Of a DNA stretch of 64,000 nt, positions 9,555 to 18,099 are shown in pieces. The position numbers and the translations under genes were made by a program. The stretch's first letter is position 1. Each line of letters begins with the position of its first letter. Location of the stretch: the NCBI GenBank assembly GCA_964594455.1, contig CAZQLY010000002.1, positions 3,819 through 67,818 of the forward strand, given 5' to 3'. The notes under the pieces are model-generated. The model was not told the origin of the DNA and did not search any database. It was given only the letters and a program-made list of their open reading frames with translations. The stretch comes from an uncultured Gammaproteobacteria bacterium (lineage in GTDB: Bacteria > Patescibacteriota > Patescibacteriia > JAHIZJ01).

Positions 9555-12500
9555 TCAAGGTATGTCTATCACCCAACCCGGTCTGATCAAGCCCGGGTTT
9601 GTTTGTAACGAAGAGTAAGTCGAAATGTTCGCAGCAATCAACTTGATGTAGTCTGTCCCGTTGCCGTAGTATTGTTCCGCAATTTTCCATAATGAATCAC
9701 CGCTTTTGATTTGATAAGTTACAGATTGATCAAAAACAACAGCCTTTTTACCGGTATTGGGAGAAACACTAGTCTTGGTAAATTTTACGGGTTCAGAAGG
9801 TTCGCTAGCTATACCATTTTCATCACAAGCAACAATGGTTACAATATGTTCCCCATCGGCTAACCCATAATTTGTTGAAACATCAACTGAGAAGTTGGCT
9901 GTACCAGAGTCGTCATTATTTACCTTAATTTCATCTACCAAATCACCGTCTATATACACCTTAAGGTAGGAATCGTTTCGGGCGATCCCAGGAATAAGTA
10001 TTGACGGAGAATCCCCATCTTTGACAACCGGTTTAGTTAAGGTTGGCGGAACATACGGGGTGGGTATTTTGAAATTAACTGCTGATGTCTTTTTACTGCG
10101 ATGGCTATCTGACCAAGCTTCAACGCGAAGGGTGTGCCAACCCACTGACAGTTTTAAAAATGGAAGATAAGAAAAATTACCAGTTCCTGATGAATCTACA
10201 GTAGCTGTAGTGTAGCCATTATACTGGCCGTCAATAAATACTTTTACTATGTTTCCGCTTTTGGCTAAACCCGTTATACGGGGTTTTGGATTGCCGACTG
10301 TTTGTTCATCCGCTGGTGAGATTATCGTTGGAGTGGGTAGATCAAAGGTGTAAGGTCCGGAAACGGGCTCAAGAAAAGGTTGCTCCTCTTCTTCGGTTTC
10401 TGGTGTATCAGTTTCTTCCTCTTCTTCTTCAACTTCTTGAGCTATTGTTGTAAATGTAGCGTCGGCATCAATAGCAGTTGTATTGCCTGTTGAGAGGACT
10501 TCATAGTGATACCGGGTTCCAGGAACAAGATTTGTAAGGGTCAAAGAGTGGTTTGTTACCAGAGCCGAATTAGAAACTTCACTGCCGTAGTCTATAGTTA
10601 ATCCGTAGCGCACTTTTGAACTAGAGGCATGATTTGTTTTCCAGGTAATAGTGACGCCAGTCTCGGTTAATTGACTCACTTGAACTTTAGTTATAAGGGT
10701 GGGCTCTAGTTCGGACGTGGCGCTTGATTGGATAGTAGAGGTTGTTGGATTGTCCGCTTTGTCTTGAGCCAGCACCCGATAATAGTAGGTTTGATTATCA
10801 TTTAAGCCGGATAAGGTAACGCTATGATCCGTAGTTAGAGTTGAGTCCAGGGTGGTAATGTAACCGAGTGATTCTGAAGCTCCCCATTCCACCTGAGTGG
10901 TAGTTGGTTCGCTTGTTTCCCAGGTAATGATTATTTGGTTGGTTTCTGTATCTGCTTGAATATTAGAGATTTCACTGGCTATCGTATCTTTTTTAATTGT
11001 GAAAACATCAGTTGAAGTTTTTATATTGCCAGCCAGGTCAGCCGTTTTGACGGAAACATAGTTTGTTCCTTCTGATAAAGTATCAAAGGTCGGCTGCCAG
11101 TCAGTACTGTAAGAGGCTTGGTCTTCCGTAAAGATATTTGTCCAGCCAATAATATCGGTGCCCCCAGAAGAAGAGCCGACTGAATATTGAGCATAATCTA
11201 GGTTTGAGCCACTACCTTGATTAGAAAAATCAACATCATAACTAATTCCAGAATTTAGCCATCCCCGATCAGTCGTCTCGTTGTCTGTTACAGAAGGTTC
11301 AACCGTGTCGACAGTAAAACCATTTGAGCTTGCTGATTCACCAGCCAATCCGGCGTTGTCTACACCTCTGACAGAAACATAATAAGTTTCGTTTTCTAAT
11401 AGACTCTGCCCCGACAAATCAAGAGTCAGGGTGGTATCATGGTCAGTCCAATCAATTAAATCAGTGCCGCCGCTAGTAGTGCCCACTGCATACTGATATT
11501 TATTCAAACCGGATGTAGCGTCTGTGATTGTATCCCAATTTGATTGGATGACAGTGTTTGAATTACTCCAGGTAATATCGTCTGATAAACCGTCTGATAT
11601 TTGAGCAGTGGTTGGCGGATCAACTGAGTCATAGAAAAACGGTCCAAGCGTAACAGCATCATCGTTTGAGCCAGCATTATCAGCGTTAAAGGATTTTAGA
11701 TGGAGGTATAAACCCGCACTCTCTACCCCGTCTATCGACAAGTCAGAAGCAGCCCATTGAGTTTCAGTATCGGTCCAGGTGTGTGAATCCGATTCATCCC
11801 AAACATATCTGAAATATTGGGTGCCACCAGCCCCCCAAGAATCATTATTTGTAAAATCAAACTTACCCGTGGTATACCAAGTGGAAGTAGAACGATCAGC
11901 AGCCACGTCGGGAGCGGGAGAATAAGTACGGACAGTATCAGCTGTTGAATAAGTAGTGGAACCAACAGGATTTGAAGCCCGCACTCGAGTGCAGTACAAA
12001 GTATTAGGAGTTAATCCGTCGATATCATATGAAGTGTTGTTGTAAGAAGCCGTTCCGTGTTCAGCATAGAGCCCGCACCCTTTACTATAGACTACATTTT
12101 CGACTCGGTAGTATTGTTCATTATTAGAATTATCCGACCAAGTGATAGTTAATTGATCGCTAGCGCTGGGTGACGTGGCCGCTCCAGAAGGAGCCGTAGG
12201 TGTTCCGACAAAAGTATCTATTACCGATGGAGATATTCCCCCAATGTCGATCAGTACCTGGTAATGTCCAGCAGTACGACAAGTGACAGTTTGATCAGTA
12301 AGCTGATATTCATTGACGCCGACAATAGGATTGGAAGGAACAGTAAAAGCAGTAAAACTATCATCCATCGTGACTGTTTGCAGGGTGGCATAATCATAGT
12401 ACTTCCAAGTGAAATCTTGAGGACTGCAAGTACCGGTCGTGTTCCACCAAACACCACCAAAGTCAAAAGTGTCCCAGATATCGCAGCCAGTAGTTTCGCC

Positions 12501-12926
12501 GGAAGCGCTTCGGTAAGCGGCACAGCCTGAAGGAACTCCGCCATCTTTTGCAACAGTCTGCTCAGGTGTAATTGAATAATAAGAAATTACGATCACGCTC
12601 AAAGTTTTCACAATAATAAGTAATACTGACAATAGAGCGGTAACTACTGAAACTTTTTGCATCAAAATATGCTGTTCATAGGAATCAATGAATTGCCCGC
12701 TACCATTTCGTCTAGCCAGAAGCTGAAAACTTTCGTAGGGAGTTTTGGTTAAAAAAACAGGAAGCGATACCAAGCAGACGGCGAAGTAAAGCAAGAATAT
12801 TGCTAATGAATAGATAGTTCCGAGAAAGAAGCGCGACCAAAAACTCACCAAATAATATTTTCGTGTTTTTAACAAATTTATCAGGCGAATCAGCTTACAT
12901 CTCATTTTTTTGCAGGCAGGGTACAT
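9555..12926 (-). CDS. Large membrane-anchored surface protein: FN3/Ig-like repeats, acidic linker, C-terminal LysM
   Basis: Two N-terminal TM segments, FN3 motifs (LTPNTLYCTRVRASN, HSVTLSGLNDNQTYYYRV), YQIKSGDSLWKIAEQYYG LysM; start uncertain (12953/12926/12905). Confidence 0.8.
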   Translation of the reverse strand: MYPACKKMRCKLIRLINLLKTRKYYLVSFWSRFFLGTIYSLAIFLLYFAVCLVSLPVFLTKTPYESFQLLARRNGSGQFIDSYEQHILMQKVSVVTALLSVLLIIVKTLSVIVISYYSITPEQTVAKDGGVPSGCAAYRSASGETTGCDIWDTFDFGGVWWNTTGTCSPQDFTWKYYDYATLQTVTMDDSFTAFTVPSNPIVGVNEYQLTDQTVTCRTAGHYQVLIDIGGISPSVIDTFVGTPTAPSGAATSPSASDQLTITWSDNSNNEQYYRVENVVYSKGCGLYAEHGTASYNNTSYDIDGLTPNTLYCTRVRASNPVGSTTYSTADTVRTYSPAPDVAADRSTSTWYTTGKFDFTNNDSWGAGGTQYFRYVWDESDSHTWTDTETQWAASDLSIDGVESAGLYLHLKSFNADNAGSNDDAVTLGPFFYDSVDPPTTAQISDGLSDDITWSNSNTVIQSNWDTITDATSGLNKYQYAVGTTSGGTDLIDWTDHDTTLTLDLSGQSLLENETYYVSVRGVDNAGLAGESASSNGFTVDTVEPSVTDNETTDRGWLNSGISYDVDFSNQGSGSNLDYAQYSVGSSSGGTDIIGWTNIFTEDQASYSTDWQPTFDTLSEGTNYVSVKTADLAGNIKTSTDVFTIKKDTIASEISNIQADTETNQIIITWETSEPTTTQVEWGASESLGYITTLDSTLTTDHSVTLSGLNDNQTYYYRVLAQDKADNPTTSTIQSSATSELEPTLITKVQVSQLTETGVTITWKTNHASSSKVRYGLTIDYGSEVSNSALVTNHSLTLTNLVPGTRYHYEVLSTGNTTAIDADATFTTIAQEVEEEEEETDTPETEEEEQPFLEPVSGPYTFDLPTPTIISPADEQTVGNPKPRITGLAKSGNIVKVFIDGQYNGYTTATVDSSGTGNFSYLPFLKLSVGWHTLRVEAWSDSHRSKKTSAVNFKIPTPYVPPTLTKPVVKDGDSPSILIPGIARNDSYLKVYIDGDLVDEIKVNNDDSGTANFSVDVSTNYGLADGEHIVTIVACDENGIASEPSEPVKFTKTSVSPNTGKKAVVFDQSVTYQIKSGDSLWKIAEQYYGNGTDYIKLIAANISTYSSLQTNPGLIRPGWVIDIP

Positions 12927-13089
12927 ATTGTTTAGGAGACAAAAAATCCCCATAGGCCGTTTTGAAAATGGCCAGCACGGGGCAAAGTACGGGAATTATT
13001 TAATATACCCGACATATCGTATGTTGTTTTAGATTTTTATTTCTTTTTTTGAGCGTTTTCTTAATAAAAAAACGCTGTAATCTACTATT

Positions 13090-13118
13090 ATTATACTCTG
13101 TATTTAGGAATTTGTCAA
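13090..13118 (-). promoter_or_regulatory. Consensus sigma70 promoter for the LysM/FN3 gene
   Basis: TTGACA-17 nt-TATAAT on the minus strand. Confidence 0.75.
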
Positions 13119-13550
13119 CTAAAAAGATATTTTTCTTTTGTTTTGATGGGTAGATTTTAGCAATACTACCTTTTTCTTACTAAAACTAGCGAAATAATTA
13201 CTAGGATTTTCTACCAAAACAATATTATCCGTATCGGATATTAGTTCATTAATTCCCAAGTCCTCTAATTCATCCCGAGAAGAAGTGCGATACGCGTCTA
13301 TATGAATCAGCCTTTTAGCCTTGCTATTTTTGGAATTTTTGTGTATGTTGTAAGGCTTAATTAAGACAAATGTTGGGCTTTGAATTTGTTCACTTATGCC
13401 AAAATATTGGCCAATTCCTTGAACAAAAGTCGTTTTTCCTGCGCCCAGATCGCCTTTAAGCAATACTAAATCCCCGCCACGTAACAATTTGGCTAATTTC
13501 AGCGCAATAAATTGAGTTTCAGTTGGAGATTTAGTTGAATAGAAAACCAT
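13119..13550 (-). CDS. tsaE: tRNA t6A biosynthesis ATPase TsaE
   Basis: GDLGAGKTTFVQG, SPTFVL, HIDAYR. Confidence 0.93.
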   Translation of the reverse strand: MVFYSTKSPTETQFIALKLAKLLRGGDLVLLKGDLGAGKTTFVQGIGQYFGISEQIQSPTFVLIKPYNIHKNSKNSKAKRLIHIDAYRTSSRDELEDLGINELISDTDNIVLVENPSNYFASFSKKKVVLLKSTHQNKRKISF

Positions 13551-13572
13551 ACAATATATTGTGTTTAGTGTC

Positions 13573-13601
13573 TTGACACCCCCCTCTGGCTGGGTTATGC
13601 T
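13573..13601 (+). promoter_or_regulatory. sigma70-like promoter
   Basis: TTGACA-17-TATGCT upstream of the DHH-like gene. Confidence 0.55.
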
Positions 13602-13633
13602 GGATAATTCTCAAGTTGTATTAGATAAAGAAA

Positions 13634-14767
13634 ATGGCTTTAAAACCACTCCAACAAGCAAAAGATATTATAGAAAAATCAAACAGCATCCTTATTGTTC
13701 TGCCCAGAGATCCTTCAGTTGATTCGGTTACCTCAGGGTTGGCCCTTTTTATGATATTCGAGAAGTTAAAGAAAGATAGCAAGGTTGTCTGCAATGAGTT
13801 TCGTCTTCCACCTAATGTGAACTTTTTGCCCAAGAGCCAGGATATACACACTGATTTAACGAGTTTAAGAAAGTTCATTATCTCACTGAACGTCAGTAGT
13901 ACTAAAGCTGAGGAATTGAGTTATGCCATCCAAGACAAGAAGCTCAATATTTATATTACACCACGTAATGGTTATTTTGAAGAAAAAGATGTTTCAGTTT
14001 CAGCCGGAGATTTTGCCTATGATTTAGTGGTTGTGGTTGGAGCCAGTGACCTGGAGTCTTTAGGTAAGTTATATGATGACCATACAGAATTTTTTTACCA
14101 TACACCAATAATCAATATTGATCATCAAGCAGCCAACGAAAACTTTGGCCAAGTTAATTTAGTCGAAATGACAGCTACTTCCAATTCAGAAATAGTATTT
14201 GAATTGATTAAAAATTTAGGCGATAATCATTTGGACGAATATATTGCCACTAATTTATTGACCGGCATCATATCCAAGACCAAAAGCTTCCAGAGCCCAG
14301 TAGTCACACCTAAGTCTTTGGCGGTGGCCAGTCATTTGATAACCTCGGGCGCCCGTAGGGAAGAGATAATAAAGAATCTATACCAAACCAAGTCCTTAAG
14401 CACGTTAAAGTTGTGGGGTAGAGCCTTGGCCAGGCTGAGAGCCACCAAGAATAATAAAGTGGTCTGGTCGCTTTTGACCGTTGAAGATTTCAAAAAGTCC
14501 GAAGCCGATGTTGATGAGTTGCCCGGCGTAGTTGATGAATTAATAGTAAATACGCCAGAGGCAAAAGCCATAACCATCCTATATGAAGCAAAGCAGAACA
14601 AAGTACAGGGAATAATTTATACTCCAGCTAACATTGATGCTCTTAAAATATTTAAAGATTACAAACCAAAAGGCAGCAAAGATTTTACAAAAATATATGT
14701 CGATAAGGCGGATTTAGTCCAGGCCGAACAAAAAGTAATAGATATTTTGAAAAAATACATAGACTAA
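13634..14767 (+). CDS. DHH-family phosphoesterase-like protein (degenerate motifs)
   Basis: PSVDSVTSGLAL, INIDHQAANENFGQVN, LLTGII, LKLWGRAL. Confidence 0.75.
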   Translation: MALKPLQQAKDIIEKSNSILIVLPRDPSVDSVTSGLALFMIFEKLKKDSKVVCNEFRLPPNVNFLPKSQDIHTDLTSLRKFIISLNVSSTKAEELSYAIQDKKLNIYITPRNGYFEEKDVSVSAGDFAYDLVVVVGASDLESLGKLYDDHTEFFYHTPIINIDHQAANENFGQVNLVEMTATSNSEIVFELIKNLGDNHLDEYIATNLLTGIISKTKSFQSPVVTPKSLAVASHLITSGARREEIIKNLYQTKSLSTLKLWGRALARLRATKNNKVVWSLLTVEDFKKSEADVDELPGVVDELIVNTPEAKAITILYEAKQNKVQGIIYTPANIDALKIFKDYKPKGSKDFTKIYVDKADLVQAEQKVIDILKKYID

Positions 14768-14779
14768 AATAAATAGACA

Positions 14780-14804
14780 AAAAGCCGCCCAGAGCGGTTT
14801 TTTT
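14780..14804 (+). terminator. Intrinsic terminator
   Basis: AAAAGCCGC-ccaga-GCGGTTTTTTT. Confidence 0.6.
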
Positions 14805-14835
14805 AATTGTGGAAATTTGGTATAATAAAAGGGTT

Positions 14836-16557
14836 ATGAAAGACGGTCCATCCTCAATTGAGGATCTCATAAAACAATCTCGTGCCGCTACAAAAAGCGC
14901 TAAACAAGCTCAAGGATCGAGCGATCCTTTGCAGCAGAAAATGCAGGAGATTGATATAAAAGAACAAGAACGAATAACGCGTGAGCATGCCCGCGAACTC
15001 GATCTTAATTTTATTAGCCTTAGAGGGTATCCTATCAGCCCAGAAACTATCGCTGTAATTTCGGAGGCTGAAGCCCGCCAGAACAAGGCTATTATTTTTT
15101 ATGAGGGGCAAGGTAGAGTACGTGTAGGCATAGTTGATCCTGACTTACCATCGCTAAAAGAGCTGATGAGCCGCTTGGGTAAACAGTACCACGGCCAGGT
15201 TGATATTTATCTAATATCTCTGGATAGTTTTAATCATGCTGTAAAAAACTATGAACGGGTGGTTAAGACCAAGGAGGTCAGTCGAGATGTCAAAATTAGC
15301 CAGGATGACATTTTGAGATACAAGGATGAAATTACCGACTTTACCGTCCTGGACCAAAAAATTAAAGAAGGAAACATCACAGATATTTTTACCATGATTC
15401 TGGCATCAGCCATCAATGCAGATGTTTCCGATGTTCACATTGAGGCGGAAGAAAAACATATAAAAGTACGTTTCCGGATAGATGGAGTGCTCTTTGATGT
15501 AGCTACAATGCCTAAGGAGCGTTGGCCTAGAGTAATCAGTCGCATTAAGCTGATCTCGCGCTTGAAGATGAATATTACTACCGTGCCTCAGGATGGCCGT
15601 ATCACCATTGATGTGGGAGACGATAAAGTGGATGTTCGTGTTTCCACCTTACCTACTTCTTATGGTGAGAGTATAGTAATGAGATTATTACGTTCTTCAG
15701 CCACTGGCTTGGCTTTTGATGACCTGGGGATCCGCGGCTTATCCTATGACCAGCTGAAACATGAAGTAAAAAGACCAAATGGAATGATCATCACCACCGG
15801 CCCGACTGGTTCTGGTAAGACTACTACGCTTTACGCCATTCTAAATTTGATTAACAATCCGGAAACAAAGATAGTTACCTTAGAAGACCCGGTGGAATAC
15901 AAACTAGAAGGCATCAGCCAGAGCCAAATAGATTCCAGCCGAGAATATACTTTTGCCAAAGGCTTGAGAGCTATTTTACGGCAAGATCCGGACGTAGTTA
16001 TGGTTGGTGAGATTCGTGATACTGAGACAGCCGAGATAGCCATCCAGGCCGCTTTGACCGGACACTTAGTGCTGTCTACTATTCATACCAACAGCGCAGC
16101 CGGAACCATCCCACGATTTATCGCCATGAATGCCAAACCGTTTCTATTAGCCCCGGCACTTAATGCGGTTATGGCTCAGCGCTTGGTCAGGCGAGTTTGT
16201 GAAAAATGCAAAGAGGAATATAAACCAACTGATGAGGAATTAAAGCGGATTAAAAAGATTGCTGAGAGTATGCCAGAAAAGTCTGGGTATAAGCCAAACA
16301 TAGAGACGATGAAGTTCTACCAAGGAAAAGGTTGCCCGGCTTGTAACAACATGGGGTTAAAAGGCCGGATCGGGCTTTATGAAGTAATGACCATGAGTCC
16401 GGAAATAGAAAAGATCATTCTATCTGGTTCGGTGTCGGAATATACGCTTCAGGAGGCAGCTATTAATCAAGGGATGATAACAATGGTTCAGGACGGGATA
16501 TTAAAGGCTGCTGATGGCATAACTACTCTTAAGGAAGTATTCAGAGTAGCCGAGTAG
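14836..16557 (+). CDS. pilB: Type IV pilus assembly ATPase PilB/GspE
   Basis: SDVHIE, PQDGR, TGPTGSGKTTTLY, LRQDPDVVMVGEIRD, TGHLVLSTIH, CxxC..CxxC zinc motif. Confidence 0.92.
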   Translation: MKDGPSSIEDLIKQSRAATKSAKQAQGSSDPLQQKMQEIDIKEQERITREHARELDLNFISLRGYPISPETIAVISEAEARQNKAIIFYEGQGRVRVGIVDPDLPSLKELMSRLGKQYHGQVDIYLISLDSFNHAVKNYERVVKTKEVSRDVKISQDDILRYKDEITDFTVLDQKIKEGNITDIFTMILASAINADVSDVHIEAEEKHIKVRFRIDGVLFDVATMPKERWPRVISRIKLISRLKMNITTVPQDGRITIDVGDDKVDVRVSTLPTSYGESIVMRLLRSSATGLAFDDLGIRGLSYDQLKHEVKRPNGMIITTGPTGSGKTTTLYAILNLINNPETKIVTLEDPVEYKLEGISQSQIDSSREYTFAKGLRAILRQDPDVVMVGEIRDTETAEIAIQAALTGHLVLSTIHTNSAAGTIPRFIAMNAKPFLLAPALNAVMAQRLVRRVCEKCKEEYKPTDEELKRIKKIAESMPEKSGYKPNIETMKFYQGKGCPACNNMGLKGRIGLYEVMTMSPEIEKIILSGSVSEYTLQEAAINQGMITMVQDGILKAADGITTLKEVFRVAE

Positions 16558-16690
16558 CTTATAAAAAACAAAAAAAGCGTCTTAAAACAAGGCGTTTTTT
16601 GGTATATGTTGAAAAATAATAAAAAGTATGATATGGTATGAAAGTAGCCAACCCAAGGTAAATACAGGTTCAACACAAGGAGGGGTTGCC

Positions 16691-16990
16691 GTGTGTTTTG
16701 ACAGAGAAGCCTGGGAAAAGGGGTCTCAAGGGGTTCAGCCGGAAACTGTAAAAGGACTACGTACAACTGCGTCTGTTTTGGCTGATGTGCAAGGCGATCT
16801 GTGGGAAGCCGATCCTCGAGCCAAGCGTACGATACTGGTGGAGGCGCGGCCGCACTTAGCTAATCTGCGATCGCAACTCAGCCAAGTCAGGGTTCAGAGT
16901 CGGTGTCCTCAAGTACTGCCGTCACAAATCACCAAGGAAGAAGAGCTCCTTAGTTGGGCTGCAGGCTTTGCCTGGCACCCGGAGAGCTAG
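16691..16990 (+). CDS. Hypothetical 99-aa protein (paralog of 17127-17426)
   Basis: GGAGG Shine-Dalgarno before GTG 16691; own terminator; aligns by eye with the next ORF. Confidence 0.6.
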   Translation: MCFDREAWEKGSQGVQPETVKGLRTTASVLADVQGDLWEADPRAKRTILVEARPHLANLRSQLSQVRVQSRCPQVLPSQITKEEELLSWAAGFAWHPES

Positions 16991-17001
16991 CAGCTCAAAA
17001 C

Positions 17002-17032
17002 GGTCAGACTGCTTAGGTCTGACCTGTTTTTT
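17002..17032 (+). terminator. Intrinsic terminator
   Basis: GGTCAGAC/GTCTGACC stem plus T-run. Confidence 0.7.
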
Positions 17033-17040
17033 ATTTAGGG

Positions 17041-17069
17041 TTGACAAGTCAGTAATGATTTGCTATTGT
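17041..17069 (+). promoter_or_regulatory. sigma70-like promoter
   Basis: TTGACA-17-TATTGT. Confidence 0.55.
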
Positions 17070-17126
17070 GTTATATCTGTAGTTTGGAGAAGTCTGGCTC
17101 ATTGAGCATCAATCCTGGAGGTTGCC

Positions 17127-17426
17127 ATGGTTTTTAATTCTAACAACTGGCAAGAGGCAATAACTGGGATTGATCCCGAGTTGATTGCTTCAGTAGAGCG
17201 CTGGGCTCTACGTCTCTCATCTGAGTTGCCGTCGGATCCGAAGCTCAAGGATCTGAGGAACCCAAAGCAGGCGAACATCACTATGTTGGCATCATGCTTG
17301 GATGACGTGAAAAAGGCTAGCCCTAAGCCCGAGCTTCTTTCCGGCAGCAGTTTGTCGCCAGCGCGGCTGACTATTTGGGCTCTGGGCCTGGCTCGTCATC
17401 TGACTGGTCAGACGGTCGTTCATTAG
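17127..17426 (+). CDS. Hypothetical 99-aa protein (paralog of 16691-16990)
   Basis: GGAGG-TTGCC-ATG; own promoter and terminator (17425-17458). Confidence 0.65.
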   Translation: MVFNSNNWQEAITGIDPELIASVERWALRLSSELPSDPKLKDLRNPKQANITMLASCLDDVKKASPKPELLSGSSLSPARLTIWALGLARHLTGQTVVH

Positions 17427-18099
17427 GGTCGGAACTATGTTCTGACCCTTCTTTTTTTAGATCTTCAATCAATGACCTAGCTTGAAGAAAATAATCTGTG
17501 GTTTGTACCCACTCAGTACCGTAACCTTGTCTATCTACAAAGATACGATCGTCATCAAAAAAATATTCCTTTGGTACATCAATACCGTGCTCTTTGTACA
17601 GCCTAACGCTGACATATTCATTAAACGACCGCAAAGCCCCCAGAGTAGTATCGTGAGTTACTCTTCTGTCCTGATCAGCTCTAGCCATTCTTTCGGCGTA
17701 TACTCTATCCATCATGCGAAATCGGCCCCTACGTATATGTTCAAACTTCTGTACGGTTTGACCATAATGACGACAATACCTTTTTACCTCATCTAATAAA
17801 GAGGCTACCGTTTCTAAGATTTTTTCTGTGGTGGCGGCATCCAGTTTTTTTTCAGCACAGGCTGGCTTCAGCCAACTATTGATTTGTTCTATTTTAACAA
17901 TATTTGTTGGTTGGGCTAGATATTCTTGAATCTCCGGGCTTTCGTGAAAATCACGCTCAAGTTGCTCAGCCTCTTTCGGAGGAATTTTTTCTATTACCAG
18001 CTCGGTATTTTCCACTTTTTCATGAAGTCGGTTATCTGATTCGTCTCGATCAGGTCTTTCGCCTTCATTTTGGATGAATACTGGTCCTCTTTCACGCAT
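17371..18099 (-). CDS. Hypothetical helical protein (weak resemblance to DUF3232: ADQDRRVTHD)
   Basis: 242-aa ORF overlapping the valS stop; charged N-terminus; family call is tentative. Confidence 0.55.
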   Translation of the reverse strand: MRERGPVFIQNEGERPDRDESDNRLHEKVENTELVIEKIPPKEAEQLERDFHESPEIQEYLAQPTNIVKIEQINSWLKPACAEKKLDAATTEKILETVASLLDEVKRYCRHYGQTVQKFEHIRRGRFRMMDRVYAERMARADQDRRVTHDTTLGALRSFNEYVSVRLYKEHGIDVPKEYFFDDDRIFVDRQGYGTEWVQTTDYFLQARSLIEDLKKEGSEHSSDPNERPSDQSDDEPGPEPK

